Positions 25,893 to 46,726 of a DNA stretch of 64,000 nt are shown one piece after another (the first letter of the stretch is position 1; the number at the start of each line of letters is the position of its first letter). The stretch is from NCBI RefSeq assembly GCF_000150275.1, contig NW_002060946.1:5928597-5992596 (forward strand). The letters run 5' to 3'. Below the pieces are notes generated by a model. It ran no database searches. It was not told the origin of the DNA and worked only from the letters and a program-made list of their open reading frames with translations. The DNA is from Trichoplax adhaerens. Its lineage: Eukaryota; Animalia; Placozoa. The translations under genes and the position numbers were made by a program.

Positions 25893-28869
25893 TAAAGCCT
25901 CTCTATTCTATTACTGTTCTTTTAATCACATCCAAAGCACTATTACTCTATCTCTATCATCACTGAACTATTCATCCCGTTATCAATTCGATTTTAATTA
26001 AAATGAATCTAACCTTGACCAGCCATAGCGGTGATGACCAAGAAAGTTAGGAAACAGCCATATAGCTTGATCGAATCAGCCATTTTGATATTATCAAGGA
26101 ATGGAATAATGGACGAGGTAAAAAATCGACCAAATTAATGCTGTTACGTTTAGTTAATGAGCTTACGACAATGACTAAATTAGCTAGAACAATAAAATAA
26201 ATGATGTCCAGACATCCAATCCTATAGGAATTGCTCTTTGTTACTATAGTAACAGAGCTGAGTAATCTTCACTCAAGACATCATCATTATAATGATGATG
26301 GTTGTATTAATGCCTTAATTCACAGGAAATAATCATTCAGAATAACTTTATTCTACTTCATTAACTAGCCTTATTTTATTTATATTAACTAACTCCTTAA
26401 TAAAGAAGATAAACATATCATTTTATGTTGTTTTCGCTTATATGAAATTATTTTACTGGATGAAAGCTGAAATGACCTTTGATAAGTATCTAACATTCTA
26501 GATAGTGCAGTATCTTATCTAATCTTATAGAGCTTATTTTTAATTTATTATTATATTATATGCCTGAATTAACAATTTATAGAATATCGTTTTGTGAATT
26601 AATATTTTATAATTTCGTATAATCTATCTTGACTAGAACGATATAAACTGTTTTGCTTCAAAAGGCTTTAAAAAATAATTCAAATGATATCAAATAGAAT
26701 CTTGTTAAGGATATTTCTACTGTAGTCATTACTATTTACCATTAATTTTATTTGGTTACACTATTTTCAAAGTAATCTTCGATTTTCACTATAATTTTTG
26801 GACTTTTTAGCGATGTCACTTGACACTCTCAATTAAATTATATTTTCATTTTCAAACCAAGGCGCATAATATTTGAGAACATTCACCAAATAGTATTTGA
26901 CTTTCCCACGTCTTTAGACTTATGTAAACTAATTACCAATTCAAATGAGATATAAGCTAGAATCATTCAATTATTCTCAGACTTTGTTATTTATTTCTAT
27001 TCTGCTATAGTAGAAACTTAAAATAGTACCCAGTCCTAATTGCTTTAATTACTAATGTAGATGACGTAAATTATCATCGTTCTTGTTTATATATTCATGC
27101 ATGTCTAAAGAATCTATTAACCCTTAAAACTCCGCATTAGCTCCAAAGATATTCTGTTATACTATATTAGAACTTGTTCACATGAAAACTTTAGACTCAT
27201 TATTTGCATACTTACTTAAATAAATATTGAATTCATAAAATCGCCAATAAACAATTTGGCGTCCTTGTTTAAAATATTGATCTCTATTTATCTATTATGG
27301 CCCTTCAATATCGCCAATTTTTTTTCCAAGATGCTCAATTTTATTGTCGTCATAAATTCGTATATCCCTTTCAATTCATTTTATATGCTATTTGAATTTA
27401 CTGCTGATACATAGCAGATAGCAACTACCGATCGTTGTTGATATCCACTATCATTGATATTAAGTTTCCATTTAATTTAATGAAATAATGTTATAAAATT
27501 GATATTATTTTCCGTTCATTAAATTCAAATAATCCTTTGCTCAAACATTCATGAAGAGTTCTATTTCCATTATTCTAGTCTCATGAAAGGTCTATTTTAA
27601 TCTGATTATCATCATTAATAAATTTTCTGATGAACAAACTCAACAATAGCTGAATATTAAACCGTACTCTCGTATTTCTCAAATTAGGATCGAAATCTGA
27701 GCTATCTGTTGTAATTTATAAATTCTAGTGGGAATTTGCCATCTAGCCAATAGCATATTTTAATTAGAATTCTATCGATTGATCTTTAAGCTAATCTTTA
27801 TCTTTAATATCAGCTAATTATGAAGCGAATTCTGACTTTATAACCTAGGACTATTTAGCCCGATAGCTCCCCCTGATGTATAGCATATTAGTACGTGTAT
27901 TGATAAGTACATTAAGTTTCCGTTATATTTAGCAAAGTAAGATAGAGGAACCAATCGTCAATTGTTACATTTCTTGCTTGATAACAAAAGTAAAATACGA
28001 ATTTATATTTAATATTTCACAGTAGGCATTAAAGTCTTTCACTACGGTAAAAGTTTGTCGTCATAACAGTTATGACAATAGTAATAATTTGAAAATAATA
28101 AAAATATTAACGAGGTGCCAATCAATTAATAATTAAATGGTGTTTCAAGGTAAGGAAGTAATTCTAATTGTAATGAAACATTCAATATTCTGTATTAGCT
28201 CCAATCGTTTGTTTCCATTTTTGTAATAGCACCGATGATTGGAATATGTTTTGAGCTTGTTCTTTATAGTTTTAAAAGCAATTTAATGCAACAGAAATGG
28301 TTTCGTCCTTACGTACAAATTTATCTTAAACTGATTCATTCTGAACTTAAATGATTTTGTTATCATTTCTATTCATCAACTCTAATAAAGCGTAGATAAG
28401 AACGGTATAATAATATTAGTTTAAATAGAGCTACGTCTACCTCACATCCGAGACGATTACAGGCAATTACTGCTAGTTAAGAAATTGTTTTCATGTGCGT
28501 TAATGATTTCCAAATAAAAGCTTGCTATCGCTATCAAAAGCTACAACTAGTTTAATCAAGCAATTTTAACACTATTTTTATAGATGGCCGATAGCTAAGT
28601 ATGATTGTACTACATTTATTGTACTGCACTGTTGAATACATTTTTTACCTAGTTTAATAATGAAAATTTGATTATTCAGCTGTATGGTTTAAGACACTAA
28701 TATAATAATACAAAGTGAAATATTAATATGCTTCAAAAATAGACTATGGTATAATAATAGTTAACAATCAATCCTTTCTGATCTGTTCAACTACGTAAGT
28801 TTTTAAGTTTGTCAGCTAATTGTGTGGTATTGACAAGTTAGTACTTATTAAATAACCTAAAGTAGAATT

Positions 28870-29420
28870 AATACATTGAGTTTGGTTATTCGAGCGAGCA
28901 TTCAAGTTGCAAGAGCTGCTTACTGATGTGTGTATCAAGGGGTATTATGGTTTAGCCATAATAACGATAATTGTCGCAACTGCTAGACTAGCATCGCTAG
29001 ATAATATTGTTCTTAAGGATTAATATCCTTAACTATGCATAGTTGTTACCGTTATCTTGTATTGCTGCACCGGTAAATGATAAATTAATGTTGTACGGTA
29101 CAAGTATGTTTATTAGTTAATTGTGTTATACTGAAAAATGATATCTCAAGAATGTTATCGCAATGTTAGAGAAGTTATGCATATTCATGCCAATGTTAGA
29201 GTATATAAATGAGGCGCCTTTACTATCAAAGGGGTTCGAGTGTGAGTTAGTAAGTTGGTTAGTTGTAGTTAATAAAGGTCGATTTCAACCACCGATAGAA
29301 AAGAAAGGAAATTTATAGGTTGTTGTTGGCTCAGCAGAAATTCCGCACGCTTCCGTAAATTCGTAAAGATCAAACTGAGTCACAACAATAATATCAAGGA
29401 AATTAATAAATGTTAGTTGA
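28870..29420 (-). pseudogene. Possible decayed immunoglobulin-like domain exon(s)
   Basis: After a TTACAG acceptor the minus strand reads LTFINFLDIIVVTQFDLYEFTEACGISAEPTTTYKF..., then across stops and frameshifts NLSFTGAAIQDNGNNY and SSDASLAVATIIVIMAKP, resembling I-set strand patterns. Confidence 0.25.
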
Positions 29421-31457
29421 CTGTAATAACAGAATTACCATCACTAATTTATCAAGGGAATCCAAGGCAATATTATTTTTATTAACTATCTTAATTTGAA
29501 AATACTAACAGGGAACTTATCAACAGTTCTCAATATATTTCTATTTATTAAAGGCGCTTTTTTAATATCATTTTAGGTTGTGAGTCTGATCATCCAAAAT
29601 TGTGTAATCAATTAAGGTAGATGAATTTGAGAGATGATCAACATTTAACTATTATAGCAACCAGTTATGATTAAGCTTTTCATATACATATAATGCGGAT
29701 TATCGCTATTCCTGGATGAGTAATATCGATATAAGTTAATCAAATATGCTCAATTTTTCGTGCTTACTAATAATTATAATTTGGAAATCTTTCAAAGGCT
29801 AAAAATCCTTTTCAGTATTTTTAAAAGCAATAAGCAAGTCATTTATTCAATAATAAGGCGATATGGTAATAAGTATTTCTTAATTCATTTACATTTTCGT
29901 AGATATGTTGCACAATTTTCAGGTACATGCGAGTATTTAAACAACTATTTGGAAATATACATTAATTATTGTTGAATAGAATATCCCAACTTAAAACTAG
30001 ACGGACTATAATTAATTATGTATTTATTAATACAGCTAAATTGGCATCTGTACTTTATTTTCGTTCTTGAGATAGAAGATAATAAATTTACCGGATTACA
30101 TTTGGAAGACAGAAATCGATGTTGCAATTGCATTTGCTAGATCAACGATAATTGTATTATGTATTTGTTACAATTAATTAACATCTTACTTTTCTCGCAA
30201 TAGAAATATAATCGAATGAATAATATCTAATTACTTTCATACTGAACCTTACATGGATAGTTATAATAGCGAATGAAATCGTCATAAAACAGTAATCAGA
30301 CATTCCACTAGTTATCGCCAAATCTACATAATAGCGGCAAGTATCCCTTGGATTAATAACATGCGCAACCCAGCAAATAATAATACTGACAGCAAAATAT
30401 AATCATAAATCACAAAAGTTCTAATTTTATCTCATACTTTACTGGGCACAGTATTAAACGTTATACGGGTAGCTTATAGTATTAAAAATTTTTCAACTTT
30501 GAAATAACAAGGGACTTGGCAATAAACTTTATTGTATTATCAAATAACTTTAGAACGAAAACTAAAATAGTGCAGAGTGTTCCGTGGGTGGAAATCGGAA
30601 CTAATATAACTATATTATAAATTTCAGTCAATTTCGAACAATTTTATTAGCTTTAATAAAGCTATAAAATTGTAAACAGTTTTTTTGGTTTTGTATCATA
30701 AACTCCATATCACCTAAAACTCCTTCCATGATTATATTGTACACTGTACAGTACCAACTTATAGATTCTTCATTAGGATACAAATGCTGACAGAATCCCT
30801 TAACTTTCGGTGATTACAAATCCGATTAAATGAATTTATAGCACAATAGTCAAAACATTATATGATTTGCTGATGGATACAGGTAGAACTACTGATACAA
30901 TATATCTATCAATAAATACGGCATTACAGAAGTCCGGTAAAGTAAAAAAATTAGATAGATAATATTTATGCTGAGAATAGGTGGAGTTGTATCGTAATAA
31001 CCAAAATTACTGTAAGGTACAATCTGATGCATCATGACCCGATACTCAATTTACAGTATTCAAATTTTGCAGTTTATACATACATTTATACAAATTAGAG
31101 AATCATTCGTGAAGTGCGTTTATAAAATCACACCATGCGTCGGGAATAGGCAAAAATTTAATTTCTGAACCAGATGTCTGCGCATTTATGTTATTATCTC
31201 GAATTCAGTACCAGTCGCTGCCGATCAATAAAGTACAACTATCAGAGTACAATAATTTCGCTATGATCAAGCAACACCAAACCACTTTAGGAGTTTGATC
31301 ATATTCTCAGGTAGACATGTCTATACACTAATATTATTACGTTCATATTGAATGTTGTATCAGGTGGTGCCAACCAATGTCATATAGCCAGCAACTTCCA
31401 AAGTTTTCGAATGTTCAAGCAACAACCCCTACTTCAGAACTTGATCCTTTGAAGTTT

Positions 31458-40199
<8,742 letters not shown>

Positions 40200-40391
40200 T
40201 TTTCTTAGCTCATAGCGTTTGCAGCTATACCTGCCCACTGAATATGGTATGTATGATTGATATGGACTGAATCTCTTGAAAGAGTACGGTGAATAAATAC
40301 TAATAATACCGTACACTTTCCAGGTTGATGCTAAAATGAGGTGACACCGAGTGAAATGAAGCTATTTTTCTACTGGTGGGTGATTCATACT

Positions 40392-41165
40392 CTACAGTGT
40401 ACAGTGCACGTTACTATACAGTACTGTACACTGTACACTGTACAGTATACTACAGTACAATGCAAGCCATTGAGCTCGCTATCGGTACAAGCCAGACCTG
40501 ACTACAAGCCATAAAGTTATGAAAAAAACATACAGTACAGTATAGTACTGTAGTGCGCTTTATTAAAAAGGGTTGACACTACGGTACAGTTCATGCATAC
40601 TCACTCAGGTCTAGACTACAGTACTACCAGTCGATGGTACGCTACACTGTACCGGGTATAATCGTACAGGTACCGGTGTCACGAAATTGTACGTCCGTCA
40701 TGCTGTACTGTACTTCTGCAGTAAGTTCTGCTTCTACTGTACAGTGTACAGTACTATACTGTACAATGTACAGTACTGTATATTACACTGTACAGTACTG
40801 TACAATACAGTATATAGTATTATATTACATATCACTGTACAGGGTTGTACTGTATGTGGAATTAGGAGAAATGACGTTATAATTGAGTTCGTTATTAAGA
40901 AAGATTTTACTCGATAGAAATCACAAAATACTGCAGTCAGAAGCAGAAGAAATACAGAAAACATTCGGAGTAGAGAGAGGAAAGAAAAAACCTTTTCTTT
41001 TACCTCTATGATAGTATATAGAGTGTAGTGCGGACACTATTTTGGAAAGCGCATTGTAAGGATCTCACATGTTGCTAACGGACAACTGCAAACTTTTCCT
41101 TCACGAGACCAGGGACTACGGTACTGTACACTGTACACTGTACACTGTACCGTACAGTACTGTAT
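40392..41165. repeat. Island of degenerate TACAG/CTGTA and TACACTG palindromic simple repeats upstream of POLR3A
   Basis: Examples: TACAGTACTGTACACTGTACACTGTACAGTATACTACAGTAC (~40417), dense runs at 40700-40855, CTGTACA x4 at ~41124. Confidence 0.85.
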
Positions 41166-41202
41166 GCTAAAATAACCGAAAAACTAGTTCACTAGTATAC
41201 TG

Positions 41203-41890
41203 TATCCTTCAAAAAAACCAAAGTCTCTAACTAGACCAAGGCTATTGCAGCATTAACTACAGTATTCTTTCTACTGGTCATCTCAATTAAATCGTACAGT
41301 ATATCCTTCAGGAAACCAAAATCTCTAGCTAGACCAAGGACTACTGCAGTATTAACTACAGTATTCTACTGGTCATCTCAATTAAATCGTATATCCTTCA
41401 GGAAACCAAAATCTCTAGCTAGACCAAGGACTACTGCAGTATTAACTACAGTATTCTACTGGTCATCTCAATTAAATCGTATATCCTTCAGGAAACCAAA
41501 ATCTCTAGCTAGACCAAGGACTACTGCAGTATTAACTGCAGTATTCTACTGGTCATCTCAATTAAATCGTATATCCTTCAAGAAACCAAAGTCTCTAACT
41601 AGACCAAGGACTACTGCAGCATTAACTACAGTATTCTTTCTACTGGTCATCTCAATTAAATCGTACAGTATGTCCTTCAGGAAACCAAAATCTCTAGCTA
41701 GACCAAGGACTACTGCAGTATTACCTACAGTATTCTACTGGTCATCTCAATTAAAATCGTATATCCTTCAAGAAACCAAAGTCTCTGACTGCAGTATTAA
41801 CTACAGTTTCCTACTGGTCATCTCAACTAAATCGTATATCCTTCAAGAAACCAAAATCTCTAGTTAGACCAAGGACTACTGCAGTATTAA
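41203..41890. repeat. Minisatellite, ~7.6 copies of a 90/99-bp unit
   Basis: Unit TATCCTTCAGGAAACCAAAATCTCTAGCTAGACCAAGGACTACTGCAGTATTAACTACAGTATTCTACTGGTCATCTCAATTAAATCGTA starts at 41203, 41302, 41392, 41482, 41572, 41671, 41762 and 41837. Confidence 0.97.
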
Positions 41891-44800
41891 AAGGAAAGGA
41901 AGAGATAGGCAACAGCCGTTCAGCATACTAAATATGACGGACTAACTAGTTTAATGATCATCTCAATTGAATCGTTTGTCTGAAACGATGCACTATGCCG
42001 TAGCAATATTATCCACTATTGCATTGTTATCCAAATGAGCTGCTGATTGATTTTTGTACCTTGTAGTCTACGGTTTCAGTCATGGCGTATAGTAGAATGA
42101 CCAGAAAAATGGCCAACGATGACGCTACTTTGCACTGGATGAGGCCCCACCTGATAGCTGCTTCTGTTCTTCGTAGTGCCTAACTAGACTAAGTATTGCA
42201 CTCGCATACTACTGATCAAACTGACATAAGTGTAGAACAGTAAAGCAGCTTGCCATGCCATACTATCGCTATCAGACTGCTTTATATTGGATACGTTTAG
42301 TAGCGGGATTCAATTTAAAAAATTACGAAATTATATTGGCGAATGGAATCGATTTCTTAACTATATCAATGCTTATATCTTTTATCACAAATACGTCGTA
42401 AAGTAAAAAAGAAATTGTCGATGTTATATAACAGGAACTATAGTAGAAACTGTTCAGTGTAGTCCATTGGTAATTAAAGTAAATAAATTAGGTGATCATC
42501 CCTTTACAGTCTTCTTGTTATGATGGAATCATTATATTATTAGTAAGCAGGGCTTATCCATCGGATCTAAACGGAATGTAACCTTTAGAAATTAAAATTG
42601 TTGATTAAAAGATAAATAGATACTGTACACTATCAAGTATAAATTTCTATAACGACGTTAACATTATTATTGTTATTATTATTATCATAATTACATTTAT
42701 TTTCTAGAATTGCATTAATACATATAAACAACAATGATAATAATTGGCCTTAGATTGCGCTTAATTAATGATACTTGTTGATAGTTTCGATAGTATATCC
42801 ATTTCGCACGAGAAACGATCATTGGCAATAATTTGGCTGTAATTACTATTTGTAAAATGGCGGTGTAAAAGTTGAGATATTGAATTTGACAAATAATAGC
42901 TACATTTAACTAGCATTGAATTTAATATTTATAATCACTGTAGTGCAAGCAATAAATACAGTCAACCGGTATTTAATCGTTTTTACTGATACGATATAAT
43001 AGTGATGTAAATAATAAATCTATTTCGCACTTAAATAAAAAAAAGCAATACACATCCTCTGTGATGTGGGTAGATGTAGTAGCTAGATCGACGATCATTC
43101 CATATGGGTTCACTATTATAATTTATTAAGTTTATCTTGAATGTTCTTACAATAGATAACATCATGTCTCCATTCAATGTATATAGTTTCAGCATCATGC
43201 GGACATTTTGTTGTCATGACGCTCAATAAATACAATACCAAATGACATAAAGTAGATTATTATTCAATAGGGCCACGCCGTTATTAGTTTAGATACATCG
43301 AAATAAAGATATACAACTTATTGTGAACACATTGTAGTACGCTATATTAATATTAAAACATAAGTAGTATTGGCGGCAATCACAACCTACAAGTAAAACA
43401 GGCTCTTTATTCCTTAGAACAACGACTTCCTAACAAGACACTCTACTCCAAATTATTCTTATCCACAAGTTCGATCTTAATTACATCTTAATTATATATC
43501 GAATTCGCAGCAATTTATAACTGGTAAACGATTAATCGTAAGAAATTATTCTACATCATCCCCACTAATGAAGACTTTAATCTATCATCTAGAATCAACT
43601 GTAATGTACAGATGATGACAGACATGTAATTACAATCAACAATCTCTAATTAAGAAAGGCATCGGTTTTCTAGTTATCTACCAGTAGGATTAAGATTATT
43701 AATTGTAACGTACTTCAGTCATAATTCAATACTGATCATAATAGTTATATTAATACACAAGATTGGCAGACAATTTTATTGTCTTACTGCTAACGGTTGA
43801 TGTATTTCTCTTATGCTAGTCATTGTTTCAATGACATCTGACATTAATATAACATTAAAAACTCATTGGACGGCTCTATGTACACAAAATACGGTTTATT
43901 GTAATGCCAATGTAGTTCAAAATCATCGGCGAGAGAAAAGTAGGAGAACGCTACATTGTAGAGGCCAACACTGCATCACAAGACACTAGTCGCTATTGGG
44001 TGTCATATTTACTTTCTACCATCGTTACCACCAGCGTAAGTTTTCTACTCCACTCCTCATTCCTATTCAGTGCTAGTGCAACGATAAACTATTTCTTTCT
44101 ACTATTTAACGGATGCATGCAAAGTAAGTAAACTTAACAGTCGCTACTTTTACTCATAGTCTACGAACAGTGCAATAATAACGACGGTAAAGGTTTCATA
44201 TCGAGTAAAACGTGGATTTGTCATACCTATGGAAGCATCAAGTACTATGACGCCGTAGCTAAAAAATTCTTTTTTATTACTATCAGATTTTAATTTGACA
44301 TTTCAACGATTAAAAGTCATCAGATTGATAGCATCATTTTTATATATTTATCCCGGAACACTGAAAGAAGTTAATTAGGTATGTTACTTAATAAATTTTG
44401 TTGTAAATAAATGCACGATAGTATAGTTGGTACGTTTTTACTGGTTTAGAGTAAATTACAGTTTTTATCAAACGCTATTTGATTGCCTATTTCATGAGAG
44501 TAGAATGGAGTAGCGTAAACTCCATCAAATTTATTTTGTAATTTATCCACCTTATGGTTTCGTAAGAATATTAACAAGGAAAGTGGATTGCTAGAGCGCA
44601 GTTAGATAAAATATTTCCGATAATGCTAGTTAACAACATTCCTGTCCTAATTAGTGATACGTACTGATTTATTTCTCAAGCTTCATCTCATCTTATGCCA
44701 TTGCTAACATCATTTACGATGTAACAGATTTTTTTCTGAAATGAATTGAAATGAACGCCATGTTATACCAAAGTAACTTACGTAAATAAAACTTAAATAT

Positions 44801-46726
44801 TTCGATATCAAGCGATAGCTTATACCTAGCATACAGACATTCACATCACAGAAACAGACAGTCGTGGTACTTGTTTACTTACTGTCGCAACATGAGGGTA
44901 TGATTTACTTACAATCCAGTTTTAATCTTATTTTAGCTACGATTTTCAAGGTAAATTGTATAAATTTCGTTACATAATTTCTTATATTAATCACTTAAGA
45001 GCCAATCCCTTTTGTAATTAAGCCAGTTATTTACAGAGTTTTGATATCAAATGCAAAATTTTAGTTACTTGAAGTTATTGTATTACCTCACAATATTGTA
45101 GGTTTATCAAAAGCGAATTGCTAATTGAATTAAAGAAGAAAATGTAATTCTAACATTTTATCTTGTTGGTATATCATATAAGAATGAAACGCAAACTAAA
45201 TTAATGTTTTGTCCCCTAAAGGAGGTAACATTAGTCGGCTTTGAATAACTATTTCATCTCTAAAAGAGCCTGGTTTAGTTTAAGATTGCAATTCAGAAGG
45301 ATTGTGTAGTAAACTTTACTCAATAAAGTCGCTTACTTTCTTTACTAGATATTACTGTGATTACGAAGTTATTTTGATAAAATTTGATGTAATCAATGAA
45401 AATATTCCTGTGTTTAGTAATGTCATAGCATCGAAAATTAACATTTTGAACATTTATATTACCGCCATATCAACAGCTATTATCATAGCCAGAGCGAAAA
45501 TTTAACTCATGTTATTCTAGCCGTAGCTAATTCAAGAATAACCTCAAAAATTGCTTTGCTTTCATTCACGCAAGTTGCTTAACGTAGTTAAATTCTCAAA
45601 TTCTATTTGGAGGAATCTTTCTTGGTCATTCTTAAGCTTATACTTGCTCATAATACTGTTGCAACATATTATTTAGATATTATATCACCAATTTATTGAT
45701 ACTAGTTTTCATATTCTAACGTAATAGAAACCCAAAATTACTCTCTCAAGAGGGTAATTTCCCATATTTCCGAATATGCTGCATTAATAACGTTATTACA
45801 ATCTAAAAATAAATTGTCATTGTGCACGAGATATATAAGTAATTAGTGATAGCATCGACAGCAGAATCTTCAATAAAGTACTAAAATTTGCGTGTATATA
45901 GGCCTGTCCTCTCTACCATTATTCAGGCCACCACAGCTATTTAGCGTCAAAGGATCTTGTAAAATTAACGAGGTTATTTTATGATTTGCTTCACATTGTA
46001 TGGTTTATACAATTAAAAGTAGTGGGAGATACAGTACTAGACTCTATTTGTGGTGCACTTGGAACAGTAGACGTCATGTTTGCCATCAATTCATCCTATC
46101 AATTAACTCATGCATCACTTTGTCCACATAAAATGATAATAAGGTTGCACTTAAAATTAAAAGAGATCAATTGCTCCTTAAACCCTCTTATTCAATCGTT
46201 GCTATTCTAGCTTCACTTTAATTACTTCGCTTTCCCTTCGTTTTCAAACATTGAAACCAAATCTTATTTAGTACTGTGTTTCATTTACTCGAAGATTGCG
46301 TTATATTGATGGAGTTATACGCATATACTGTATGACGCAAATTATGGTAGACATTATTAATATTTTGTAGTATACAGTATAACAGTACACACCCATGATA
46401 AAATGAATTATTAATCGTGCTCATTAAAAATTTCCTCACTATGTTGTTGTTACTTATGGAATATTTTAGTCTAGAAGCGATCTATTACTGTATGTAATAA
46501 AAATTGATTTTGATTGATACAGCAATCACTGTTTTAGTATTAAGATTGAGACTGTTCTACAAAGCTAACCAACCATATGTAATTTTTATAACTGTATGAC
46601 AATACACGTATCAATATTATTTGTCTATTAAAAGAATTCAATTGTATTAACGTTACCTCATTTCAAATAAGAATGTTGTTTACATTAACATATATTATTT
46701 TATAGTATTAATAGGTTGAATCAATT

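Noticed and set aside
29231-29245. GGTTCGAG tRNA T-loop/B-box-like word
   Set aside because: No cloverleaf stems or A-box around it
40634-40964. Overlapping Y/C/T/V-rich ORFs
   Set aside because: Translations of TACAG/CTGTA simple repeats, which are poor in stop codons
41203-41890. CRISPR-like array, or coding repeat (ORF 41670-41867)
   Set aside because: Units are contiguous with no unique spacers, there are no cas genes and the context is eukaryotic; the ORF is a by-product of the repeat
43916-44130. ~70-codon stop-free frame flanked by splice-like sites upstream of the TRIM gene
   Set aside because: No ATG and no recognisable domain; more likely UTR or chance
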